DNA of 63,748 bases, filler included, from Reticulomyxa filosa (lineage: Eukaryota > Protista > Foraminifera), in NCBI GenBank assembly GCA_000512085.1. It is 13 parts of 13 records of this genome, joined end to end, with 100 filler letters (N's around TTAATTAATTAA, not from the genome) between each part and the next. Parts side by side here need not be neighbours in the genome. Positions count along the whole stretch, not along the records: positions 1 to 7,804 come from ASPP01009503.1; positions 7,905 to 22,080 come from ASPP01020353.1; 11 more parts are not named here. One strand, given 5' to 3'. The position numbers and the translations under genes were made by a program. Within the stretch, counting starts at the first letter, position 1, and each line of letters begins with the position of its first letter. The notes under the pieces were generated by a model, which made no database searches, was not told the DNA's origin, and saw only the letters and a program-made list of their open reading frames with translations. Shown piece by piece: positions 1 through 13,760 of this stretch.

Positions 1-38
<38 letters not shown>

Positions 39-68
39 CAAAATCAAAACAAACAAAAAAAGTGCAAT

Positions 69-588
69 TTACTTGTATGTGGCACCTGACAAATCATTCA
101 ACTCCCCTCCCTCTCCCAAAAAAATAAACAAACAAATAGAGAAAGACAAAACGGTCGTCGTTTGAATGAAAAATCCTTCTTTTTTTGGACACAACACACA
201 GCCGAGATTTGAGTAGCCTTTTTCACAAGCTTGGCATTCCCACTGATCTTTCAATTGCGGTGATCCAATACAAATCTTTTTTTTTTTTTTTAGTAACTCC
301 TTTGTCAATCAAACTGAAAACAAAATTTTTCTCTAAAAAAGGAAAAAAAAAAAAAGAAGCCGCTCGTTTTTCATTCAAACAAATAAATAAATAAATCTAA
401 ACTGGATGCACGTTAACATAACAGCGCTTACACGACACCAAAGGAGAGGTACCTTGGAAACAAATGTCACATATATTACTACCATCAGATAAACTGTTCT
501 TCACATCCCCGAATTGAGTCCATTCCTTTATCATTTCTTTCTTTTTGCTTGCACCTTTGCTTTTTTTTGTAACATCTCCTGGTCTCAT
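69..588 (-). CDS. PHD finger / zinc-knuckle (PZP-like) chromatin protein, 3'-truncated at contig edge
   Basis: Joining 588-~403 to ~274-154 gives CDICFQGTSPLVSCKRCYVNVHP|ICIG...WECQAC (C4HC3 PHD) followed by CVLCPKKEG, the Zn-knuckle start seen in BRPF/JADE/AF10-type PZP modules. Confidence 0.75.
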
Positions 589-1043
589 CTCAATCCTCCT
601 ACCCTTGATACTACTTTCTTTTGATATCTATAATCAGGCCAGAAAACGACACACAAAAAAAATCCCAACATTTTACCTGTAAATTATTGCTTCACATCTC
701 ACTATTCTTCCTGGAGTAACACTACGCCCACGTGTTTCTCCCTTCGCCTCCTTTTGTCCTTGCCAGAAAAACTTACATATGCTATGGATACCACTTGAAT
801 TGCTGAACAAAAAAGAATTTCTTTAAGTTAACGAAAATGAGTATTTCAAAAAAGCTTCAAAACTTTTTTTTTTTAAAAGTCCCTTTCCTTAACACACAAA
901 AAAAAAAGTTTTTGTTCTCGAGCACGGTCTGGGACAAATAGCATTTGTCCCATAGCAAACGGTCTAAAATAGTGATACATTGTTTTGCAACATATACAAA
1001 CAAAGAACAAGACTTTTTTTTAAGTTGGAACTCGTTTCGTTCA

Positions 1044-2782
1044 ATGACCGCATTTGATATATTGTCGGAAATATTGGATTTTTTGGAAAAAAAAACACGA
1101 CCACGCCTGCAAATAGGGGATATAAAAAAGTTTCCAGACAGTTGGCAACAAGCAGCAGATTTGCTTCATTCGGAATGGCCAGAGTTGTTTCCCAAATCAC
1201 TTCCAAGTAAAGTTCGAGAAAGTATCACCTCTTCAGAAGAATTTCCGCAACGAGTCATAGTGGTTGAGAACAATGATAACGGTAATTTCCAAGTAATTGG
1301 TCATGTAAAGATTACAAAAGGAAATGATCTGAGCCACGGAATAGCTGTCAACGTCTGGGACGTGTTAATCGACAAACAGAGGAGAAATCAAGGGATTGGA
1401 TCATTATTAATGAAACATGTGGAAAAAGGTAACCACTTTTTTTAAAAATAAGCCCATTTATGTTTGAATTTTTTTAAATACTCCCCTTTTCTCCATCCTT
1501 CCTTTCTGACTTTCTTTTAAAATGTGGAATGAAAAATCGGGATACGAAATTGAACCTTTGGCAAGTTGTATATGAGAAGGGATATTCTCACATTTATTTG
1601 TGCACGCGAACAGCGAGCAAATTTTACGAGCATTTGGGTTATAAACATTGCAATAAACAGAAGGCTACAGAGTATCGTTTGCGAAGGAACCGCAAACGAC
1701 TGAATGTATCTCAGCTCAGTTCATTGGAATCAATGCTCAATGCAAAAAAAACGAAAAACAATAAAGATCTTGCCAATACAACAGCTAAAAAAGCTGAAAA
1801 AAAGAACAACCAACATTGCACTGTATCTAAAAATGATGGTGGTGGCAATAATGATGATGATGGCAGTGGTGGTGATGACAATGACGGTAATGATTGTGAT
1901 GCTAGACAAATACCGGATACAGATGAAGATATTTGGTATTTTAAAAAATTGAGAATGCTTATGCCTCCGACTTGGAGAAATGCAAGTGCATGGATGGGTT
2001 CAATTCGAAATCAATTTCAACTTTGCTATGGTGGCCGTGGTGAGATGATATACCATACTTACAATATGCCATGGGTGGAACAAATTGGGCCTTGCTGTGG
2101 CTTTGCTGCACTTGCTATGATGGAATATTTTGCAATGCAAGGCAGATCTTCCTTGGCTAGCAAAACATATGATTTGGTATTAACCAATACTGTGATGAAA
2201 TATGCATTGGACAATGGATACACAAAATGTGGTGAATTATTTGATCTCGAGCAATATTTGTGGCTATGCAATTTGTTTTTACTTGAAAGTAAAGTTAATA
2301 TAATGAACATGAGTCTTGAAGACTGTTCTGTGTCCAATCTTACCACATTTGTTCACTCTTGGATGGAAAAGAAGGAAGAGGTTTTGAATATCTTTGATTC
2401 TGACTGTCCTTGCTTGATTGTTCCTTATTGGAAAGATAGTACTGGTAGGCCTACTATCCAAGAGGATTCTCAGATTGGACGTTCAGACATAAATCTTTCT
2501 TCCGATTCCTGTTCTTCGAATCGTGATCATGTGCTCCCTGTGGCCTCAAGAGCACATTATCTTGTTATTTGTGGTGCTATTCGTGTAAGCGCAGCCCAAG
2601 AAGATAATAGCTATGGTTGGCTGATTGGTACACATTCCTCCAAATTTTCTCCTGTTGTCGTTTCTGTAAAGGATTTGGTTCAATCCAACGCCTTGCTTAA
2701 AGGCAAGTGTGTTCCCAAGTGGGCAATGAACAAATACAATTTATGTGGAAAAATGATTTCTGTAAAGTTTTCTTCCAAATAG
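1044..2782 (+). CDS. NAA80-like GNAT acetyltransferase fused to ACTMAP (C19orf54)-like papain-fold cysteine protease; 2 exons (1044-1428, 1566-2782), 533 aa
   Basis: A phase-1 GT-AG intron at 1429-1565 joins the two ORFs in frame. GNAT motifs: AADLLHSEWP, VIGHVKI, VLIDKQRRNQGIGSLLM, GYSHIYLCT..KFYEHLGY, terminal strand IWYFKKL. Protease motifs: EQIGPCCGFAALAM, GYTKCGELF, LIVPYWKD, RAHYLVICG, LVQSNALL. Confidence 0.85.
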
Positions 2783-3329
2783 CTTTTTCAAAACTGGAAC
2801 CGCTTTCCTGATGGTTAATTTGTGATCTTATTGCATATTCTCAACAGGGCTATTTTTTTTCATGGCTCCTGCAGTATATTTACTAATTGCGCTGTGGAAA
2901 TCAAAAAAAGGATGACATCTATTAAATTATTATTTTGTAATTTTTGCACATCAGATGTTGGCTGCTTTCTCTTGCCTTGATGAAAGCACTCAACACTTCG
3001 ACATATCTTTGTCATATGATTTTTCCTGACATTGGTAGCTCTGTTGTATGCATTTTGCTTTAGTTGCAGGACAAACGAATTTTTGTTAATAGATTTTTTT
3101 TTCATGATAATTGTTGGATAAAAAAACCAATCAAAATTTTTAAGCGGATTTTGTTGTAAGCTGTAGATGAAGATACGCTCTTTTCTGGTGAAAGCAAATT
3201 CAAAAAAAATATATTCATTCCCATTTTGGTACACGTTTAACAAAACGTCCAAAATGTTTTTTATTGAAACATGCTCTTTTACATTGTTGATTTGTTTTTT
3301 TTGTCTTTTTTTAGTTGTCAAAACAACTT

Positions 3330-5031
3330 CTAAAACAAATGGAACAATAATCCTAAAATAATCCCTATGTTGATGAAAGACGAAGCATAAAGTGCAGATG
3401 CAGTCGCGTAAGGTAAAGGATAGCTGTCAAGATCCCAATCCTGCGAGGAACATGAAGAATTGTTATCATTTTCTTCAGCACAAGAAAGTTCAGCGCACGC
3501 TTCTTCAAAATCCATATCACCATTTTCATAAAGTAGACATGTACTTGCGGCCCATATCCAATCTGAAAACAAAAACAAAAACATACAAATTCCTTTTTTT
3601 TGCCTATCCTTTAGAAAAAAAAATTCATTTAATGATAATACAGTATATTACCTGAATAATATCCCACTGAAGTATAAACTCCTGGTACATTATCAGCACA
3701 ACTGTGCAAGAAAAAAAGTACAACAAACACACTAAAAAGGAAGACAAAGCCAATGAAAAACAAAAGTTACCCAGATCCCCAGCTCACAATTCCAACTTGT
3801 GGTATGTTCTGCTCTTTTTCTTTAAGCAACGGACCTCCACTGTCACCTTTTTCAAATCGTATGCACCTTTTCTTATGATCGAGTTTGGATTTTTGTCAAA
3901 AAAAAATTGCAACAGATAAATAAACAATGCATCAAACCCTGGCAAGCGTCTTTTGTTGATGAATACGCACAAATCATGCCAGGTTTGATATATTGTCTAT
4001 CAGGATGAACCGTTGTCCAATTTACTTTTGTAAAATCAAATTTAAAGGGATTTTCAGTCCTTGAATTATAATATGCCGTCCATAAATAAAACCATTTGTT
4101 ACATATGTCTACTTGCAATTATGTTTAGTATTGCAATACAATGAGTTTTAAATTGAGTTCTTTAAATTTTTTAAACTTGTGTACCTGCCGGAATGTAAGA
4201 TAAATCAGCATATTCCAAATAACCAGTTATCGCTCGATTCGTTTCTCTAGAGCCATATCCTAAGACTCGCACGGTTTCACTTTCATTGCAGCATGCATCG
4301 TCTAATCACATGTAGTTGGATAAGATGTTGGTAGCTTAAAAAAATTGTTGTTTTTGTTGTAGGCATAAGATTGCAGTAACTTGTGAAAAGATGAATTGAT
4401 GCTATTTGTGACATTTGAATGTTGTAATCCAATATAATTACGCCGATGTCATTTTCAAAAGATGTACTATTGTAATATTTATGATATTTTGCATCTTTCC
4501 AAGGAACGGTAATATATCCTTGCTCCGAGGTATCTTGAACATCGCTTCGGCCAATGGTTGCATAGAATACAAACTCCTATTTTTTTATTTGATTTCTCTC
4601 TAAGTTTTTCAGGTACTTATGAATCAACAAAATAAATAAAGCAAAAGATGAACTTCGCCTGTTTGCGAGTAAAACTCTTCTTTTATTCCCTCTATGCAAT
4701 GAGCAGCGGTCTATTCATTTTTGGCAAAATCACTCCAAACTGAAGTTAGAGTGTAACATTGCAAAAGCAGACATACCAAAACAAGTGGAGGGTTTGCATG
4801 GCGGATCAATGTTCCACCACAAAAAACAAGTGATTCATAGTTTTTGGATTGAGCACTTAATGCCACTATCCATTTGTAATTGCTTGCAGATATCGTTATT
4901 CCATTGACGATGCGATTATCACCTTTTTGTTCAATCTCCGTGGAAAATAGCTTTGAATTAAATAGCGATATATTTTCCCCTGAAATATCATATATCAACA
5001 ACATTAACCACCAAAAACAGTGGACCAACAT
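3330..5031 (-). CDS. Trypsin-family (S1A) serine protease, multi-exon, with signal peptide and C-terminal hydrophobic anchor
   Basis: Hydrophobic N-terminus, R|IVNG activation site, FCGGTLI, TAAHC (exon starting 4710), NDIG (~4445-4465), KDACQ-GDSGGP (~3830-3950), IVSWGSG, PGVYT, hydrophobic C-terminus FINIGIILGLLFHLF. Confidence 0.92.
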
Positions 5032-5561
5032 TACATCACAATTTCGAACTAAAAAACACTTTTTCGGTTAAAAATGAAAACCACACGTTTTTGGACGAGT
5101 CCTTTTTTGAGTACAACCGTCGTAAGCAACATTTTTTAGAGTAAGAAATAACTGCAAAATTTGTTGTTCCTGTTACGTCAGGTCTAGATATCTGCAAGAA
5201 AAATTTGTGGTTGACAAAACTAAAAATTTTGAGGCAAACCCTTGCTAGTTTGGGTACGTTCAGTTTTTTAGCATAAATAAACTAAAGCTCTTGAAAAACA
5301 GCGAAAAACGATTTTTCCTCAATGATAATATGTTTCAGAAGAAATTTTTAAAAAATTCATAAGTGATATTGTTTGTGGCAATAAAAATATATTCGATTGA
5401 ATTTTAGAATCACAACAACAGGACTATTTGCTTGTTTGTTTTTTTCTTTCAATAACGAGCTTAAAGTAAAAGAAAAAAGTCAACAGTACGTGCAAACATC
5501 TTGTACTAACTCCGAACAAGACACAAAATTGCTGTTAAATGAAATGTTTGGTCAATTTATT

Positions 5562-7804
<2,243 letters not shown>

Positions 7805-7904
7805 NNNNNNNNNNNNNNNNNNNNNNNNNNNNNNNNNNNNNNNNNNNNTTAATTAATTAANNNNNNNNNNNNNNNNNNNNNNNNNNNNNNNNNNNNNNNN
7901 NNNN
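7805..7904. other. Artificial contig linker (N44-TTAATTAATTAA-N44). Identical copies at 22081-22180, 25802-25901, 36797-36896, 39604-39703, 42006-42105, 50995-51094, 53319-53418, 54811-54910, 57923-58022, 61425-61524, 62624-62723
   Basis: Same 100-nt structure 12 times; the core places stop codons in all six frames; genes are cut off at these points. Confidence 0.97.
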
Positions 7905-8388
7905 ATTGTTATTGAGCGAAGAAGCAAGTTTATTTTCCGCGAGGTTAATTTTGTCATCTGTCAGATCACTAAAAAATTCGTGCAATATTTGACATTTATT
8001 CAGATCCATAGAAGGCAAGAATGCACGCAAACCTGGTTGCATTTATTTATTTAACGATTTTTTTTATTTTTTTGTCGGAACAATGGTCCAACGATATATA
8101 AAAACTAAAAAAAAAAAACTTTGAGCAAATTTAGCACAGTCCAATGTTCCATTTCCGTGTTGATCTAGTTTCCTCAAAGAAGTATGAATTTCTTTAGTGT
8201 ATAGTTCGACATCTTGAATAAAGCGTTCTCGAGGTACTTGATAAGTGGCATTGGAATTGGATGGACTGGACTCTTCAACGTTGCTTTTGAGAGCATTTTG
8301 TTGAGTGGTCGAAGAACCATTAGGATTGGATGTTGTCAAAATTTTTAGTTTTATTGGTTGATTTTTTTGTGTTTTTTTTTCTTCTTGG

Positions 8389-8438
<50 letters not shown>

Positions 8439-9894
8439 ATTATTGTTTTTATTATTTCTATTGCTATTATTATTTGTGATAATTGTCAAACCATGATTGT
8501 TTTTGGTTGTTTTGGCATTTATCTGATTTGGCCGATTGTTGTTTGCTTTTGGAGACAGCAAATTTCCGTTCACTTTTTTTTCGTCATTGTTATGGTTATC
8601 ATTTGCAGTGGTTTTTGGTTTGATGCGAGTAGGATATTTGTAATTGCGCAGTAAGTAATTAAGTAGCCCTCTTCCTTTGTCTCCGACATACTTGACGTCT
8701 TTTTTGTGATTTTGTGCGTAGCCGATATATTGTTGTTCTGCATATTCAATAAACTTTCGAATCTCCAACCGCGCTTCTTTTTCATTCTCTTTTGTGTCAC
8801 TGTCACTCTTGCCCCTGGTGCACAAACCCCCCCCCCCCCCAAGCAATCATTCCATATTAAAATTGTATACGTATTTACACACTGACTCTCTCCTTTCTCT
8901 TTCTCTCTTTCCTCCTTCCAAAAAAAAAAAAAAAAAAACTTCTGCTTTTCCTTTCCCAAAGGACCCCAGTTTTTTGTCCTTTCATATCGTAAGGAAAAAA
9001 GAGGATGATTATTTGTCTATTCTATGTACAATTTGGAAAGAAATGGAGAGCGGTTAAAAAAAAAAAAAAAAAAAAGAGGGAGAGCAAGATTCATATTCGC
9101 TTGTATATAATATAAATCTTACTATTTCTATTCTTTTGTTTTTGTAGTAAAATGGAATTAGTTTGAACTGATTTGTAATGAAGTCGGAAAAGAAATGTTC
9201 GATCATTGAAATTGTGACATATGGACTATTTGGAATATGCAGAGACTGCAGAAAAGATTTGAATTCGCGGAAACTTAGGCAACCGTCGTTGTCTTTGTCA
9301 AACTCCCTCAATTGTTGAGACAACTCAGTACAAATGGATGGAGTAGTTTCATTATTTTCCTTTAACAATACCGGAGCGTTCGGACTATTGACGTTGTTCT
9401 CATTGTTTATTGGTTTGTGTAATGGAGACAATGATCTCACCACTCGAGGACCAGGATTGTCGTTGTCTTTGGAGCGTTGCTTTTGGTTTTGTTTTGTTTT
9501 ATTTTGTTTTGTTTTGTTTTGTTTTGTTTTGTCAAGACACAAGTCTGCATTTTATTTTAAACATATTTTTTTCCTCTCTCTCTGTCTCTATCTCTTTTTG
9601 ATAAGGTCTTGACGAGAGGGTATTAAACTCTTGTGGTTGTAGGAACTTTATCTTGATTCGGGGTGGCTGATCTTGTGCTGGAGGTAGTTCGTGCTTTTCC
9701 ACCACCAGATGTAGCCATTTGTATTCAAATAAAATTGGTTCAAACAAATTAAATAGGAATAATACTTCAATAGAACTTTTTTTGGAGTTTTTCGTTATCA
9801 ACTTTTTTTCCAAAGATTGCAAAGATAAACTCAAAACATATTTGTCTATGTAATAAGTTTTTTTGACACAAAATAATGATATTATGTTCAACAA
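7905..9894 (-). CDS. EF-hand protein with poly-Asn low-complexity region, multi-exon, 3'-truncated; start uncertain
   Basis: FDKDNDGCLSFREF and LDQHGNGTLDCAKF EF-hand loops in successive minus-strand ORFs separated by A/T-run introns. Confidence 0.6.
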
Positions 9895-10721
9895 GACTCT
9901 AACAACTTCTTGTATTAAAATTTTACTTTTATTTTTTTTTTAGAAAAGCTATTTAAAAAATTAATCAATTGAATCTGTAGCTCACAAAATTGTAATTGCA
10001 CAATACCTTTTGCAATGCTATGAAATAAATGCAAATGTTGGCAACATTAAAGCATTAAATACAATGGATAGAAAAAAGGTCACCTAAAATGATTCCCTAT
10101 AAAATTCACAAGTTTATTCACGAAATCAATATTTTCAAAATTTTGTTAAATAATATCCAGAAAAACAAAATAAACTTGTAATATTTTAGCTTTTAATATT
10201 AAAATTTTTTCATTGTTTTCAACTTTTAAAAAATACATTTTGATTTTCCAGTATACATGTATATCATTTAATAAAAAGAATTTTAAAAAAATTGATTTTT
10301 CATAAATAAACTTATGGTGTCTATATGTTCATTTTCGGTGAATCTTTTCTTTTGTTGTTAATTGTATACCTCAAACCGAACTTAAGCAAGCAGTTAATTG
10401 GCGCAGTTTATCATTTTAATACTCATGACAATCATAATTGAAAGAAAAATTGTTATATCTTTGAATAATATACAAAAAAATAAATATAGTTTATATATTT
10501 CATCAACATGAGTTTTCAATTAATAATATTTTTAGTTAATCTAATAAAATAATTTATACAACCAAATTATTACAATAATTGTTTTCAATATCACAGATTG
10601 CAATCAATTCTAAGTGTATTAAATGTAATTCATTATTCAATAATTTTTTTTTTGCTTCTAACAATAAAATTATCCGTCTATTTGATATTGAGCCAAACTA
10701 TTGCTACTTCTGACTTCCTAA

Positions 10722-10823
10722 GCCATCATATTCAATAAGAATAAAAATACTTTATCGTATTTGATTCTAGTCTCAATACGTGCCGAATCCTTTTGATTCG
10801 GGAACACCCTGAGGTGTCCTTTT
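10722..10823 (-). ncRNA. Candidate structured small RNA (three adjacent hairpins, Sm-site-like U-run, short terminal hairpin)
   Basis: Stems at 10802-10819, 10783-10801 and 10756-10780 form a GC-enriched island in AT-rich intergenic DNA. No family recognised. Confidence 0.35.
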
Positions 10824-11164
10824 CTTTTATTTTTTCTTTCTTTTAGAATGCAGTTTGCGAGTTTTATATAAACTTTAATATCTGCGTCATGTGGCAATAC
10901 AATTTATTTCTGTGACACTAAGATAAACAGTATACATAATACAAGGAAGTTTAAAATTAGATTATCTTGTCTTCAATTCTCAAATTGAAGAGAACACAAT
11001 TGCAATTTTGATTTTGCTTTACTACGGTGCAATCAATAGCAACATTTACATTTTCCCAACAATAACAAAATTTTTAAAAAATTATTTTTTTCTCTGCTTA
11101 AAAAAAAGGTTAAATGGTGAACCGAAGTATTTGAAAGAAATAATTTTAAAAAAATTGTATTAAA

Positions 11165-12195
11165 TCAAAAAGTTGAGGTTAATTGTTCCAAATTTTCAGT
11201 TGGATCTATAAATCCTTCATAAGTGATATCAGCAATATATGGTTTAAATTGATTACGAAATTGATTGACATTAACAGCAATTTTGACATCAACTTCTCCT
11301 CCACCCATCCAAAAATGTCCTAATTCCAAGACTCGATGAGATAAAATGATAGGAATATCTGAATATTTGATACCAATAGGAGTAACTGCATTATGATCAA
11401 ATCCAGTAACTTGTAATGATTCTTCAGGTGAAGCAAGACGAAATTTAAAATTTTTTTTTGAAATTTCATATCCATTAATATATCGAACAAATTTCATTAT
11501 TTTTTCAGAGCAAAGTTTTGTTACATATTGCTATTTTTATTTTTTTTATTTTATTTTAAAATAATAATAATAATAATATATAATATATATTTTTTTTTTT
11601 AACATACAAATACAACAAGATAATACAACGAATTAGTAGGATCTTTCCAATCAATACATATCCCTTTTGTATTTTTCATTAATAATGATTTACATAAATA
11701 TTTAGTATCTGGTGCATTTAAACATTCTTTTCGAAAATCTAAAGATCTTTGATAATAATCATTTGGTACACGAATAATTCGAGCTGAATTAAGTTCTTTT
11801 TCTTTTATTGATTTTATTATTCTTTCTGTTGTTTCATTCATTATTCCTTTTAAATCATTTATATAACGTTGTGTTGTATCTGTTATATTATCATTATAAA
11901 TTTCAATATCTTTTGGTCCTCCAATCTTTGATATATCAATATCACTTCTTCCCATTTGCATTTGAATACGTTTATTTACTTCTTGTTGTTGTTTTTTTTC
12001 TTTCTTTTTTTCTTCTTCTTTTCTTGGTTCATCATTCGTTTTAGTCATCGACACATAAGATCGCTTTAACTGAAATTCCATGTTTGTGGAATTAATTAAC
12101 ACTCTTGTAAAATTCTCAGGTTTTTTTTTTTGGTTAGAGAGCAGAGCAAAATACCGTGAACTCCGAAAGAGTGGAAATGAAGGCAATGACTTCAT
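11165..12195 (-). CDS. YbaK/ProX-family aminoacyl-tRNA deacylase (trans-editing), 2 exons, possible mitochondrial presequence
   Basis: LCKSLLMKNT, YYLVV, FRLASPEESLQVTGFDHNAVTPIG, IPIILS, FWMGGGEVDVKI. N-terminus MKSLPSFPLFRSSRYF is Ser/Arg-rich with no acidic residues. Intron ~11531-11607. Confidence 0.85.
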
Positions 12196-12791
12196 CAAAT
12201 TCAGTAGTAACAGAATTTCGTTTATAAGGATAATATTTTCCAACGTTCATCTTTTGTTTTTTGAAAAAATTTAAAAAAGTCTCCAAGGTTGTAGCTGTTT
12301 TCAAACTTCCTACAGGTTACGCACAAAGTGTGGTACGAAGTAAGTTTACTTTGGTGTTTAACGTTAAGCAAAAATAAAATGAATTTACGAAAACAAAAAC
12401 AAGAAAGGTTTTGGTGAGTGAAAAAGGAAAAGTTTTAGGAACAAAAAGTTTTAAACCTCTTTCAGGATTTAACAGTTGATGAGACATTGCCAATGATTAA
12501 AAAAACATTGAATAATAGTTGATTTAAAAAATACGCTCATAAAACTTAAATACATATAAATTTAGATAATTTCACGAACACAGTGTTTACTTTGCTATCT
12601 TTTTTGAACACTCTTTGCAATGAAATCAATGTTAGGATACCTCAACTAAGGAGTTAATCAATAGTAAAAACAGTCTGAAAGGCAGACTAAAGCAGAGAAA
12701 GTCACCCTAGGAGTTTGACAGCCGCAGATTCACAAAAAAAAACGCTTATTTCCTTGGTGCAATTGAACCAAGCCCTTAAATTCAAAAAACA

Positions 12792-13760
12792 ATGGCAGAG
12801 AGAGGAGGAGGTTTTGGACGAGGCTTTCGTCGAGGCCGTGGTGGCGGTGAAGGAGGAGATCGTGAAAGTGGACGTGGACGTGGCCGAGGCCGTGGCCGCG
12901 GTCGCGGACGAGGCGGGGAACGCGGTGGGCGCGGTGGCCGTGGAGGTGGCCGTGGGGGTGGCCGAGGAGGCTTTGGAGATAAAGAAGAGGAATGGAAACC
13001 AATCACAAAATTAGGAAGATTGGTAAAAGAGGGAAAATTTCCAACCATTGAATCAATTTTTCAACATTCCATCAAAATAAAAGAACCCGAAATTGTGGAT
13101 CTCTTCTTTCCAAAAGGTTTGTGTAGTTTTTTTGTTTTTCTTTCTCATTTTTTTTTAAGAGGTTCGAAAATGCGTCCTAATAAAAAAATCTTTTTAAAAA
13201 TAAATGAATGCATTTGAATAGAGACTAACCCGTTGAAGGATGAAATTATGAAAATCAAACCGGTGCAAAAACAAACTGCTGCCGGTCAAAGAACACGATT
13301 CAAAACATGGGTAGCAATTGGAGATTTCAAAGGCCATGTCGGGTTAGGACAAAAATGTGCAGCAGAAGTAGGTATAGCAATCCGAGGCGCTCATACTTTA
13401 GCCAAATTGTCAATCGTACCAGTACGCAAAGGATATTGGGGCTCTAAATTAGGTGAACCGCACACTGTACCTTGCAAAGTAACAGGAAAATGTGGTTCTG
13501 CTCGTGTGCGTCTCATCCCCGCGCCTCGTGGAACAGGCTTAGTGGCTGCCGCAGTAACGAAAAAAATGCTAAATATGGCAGGCATTGAAGATGTTTATTG
13601 CAAATCTAGAGGACAAACCCGTACCACTGGCAACTTTATCACTGCATGTTTTCTTGCTTTGCGAAAAACGTACAAAATATTGTCTCCTGATTTGTGGGTT
13701 CCAACAAAACTTGTTCAAAATCCTTTGGACAAATATAGTGTGAAAGTGGAAAAAAAATAG
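12792..13760 (+). CDS. RPS2: 40S ribosomal protein S2 (uS5), 2 exons (intron 13117-13221)
   Basis: RGG-rich N-terminus, [31 protein letters not shown]...[23 protein letters not shown]. The intron restores the frame. Confidence 0.98.

Noticed and set aside
7805-7904. Recurrent palindromic TTAATTAATTAA flanked by Ns, resembling a repeat element or target site
   Set aside because: Artificial six-frame-stop linker between concatenated contigs. Gene neighbourhoods across linkers are meaningless.
12715-13048. Overlapping Pro/Arg-, His- and Ala/Val-rich ORFs over RPS2
   Set aside because: Alternate-frame and antisense shadows of the GC-rich RGG repeat.
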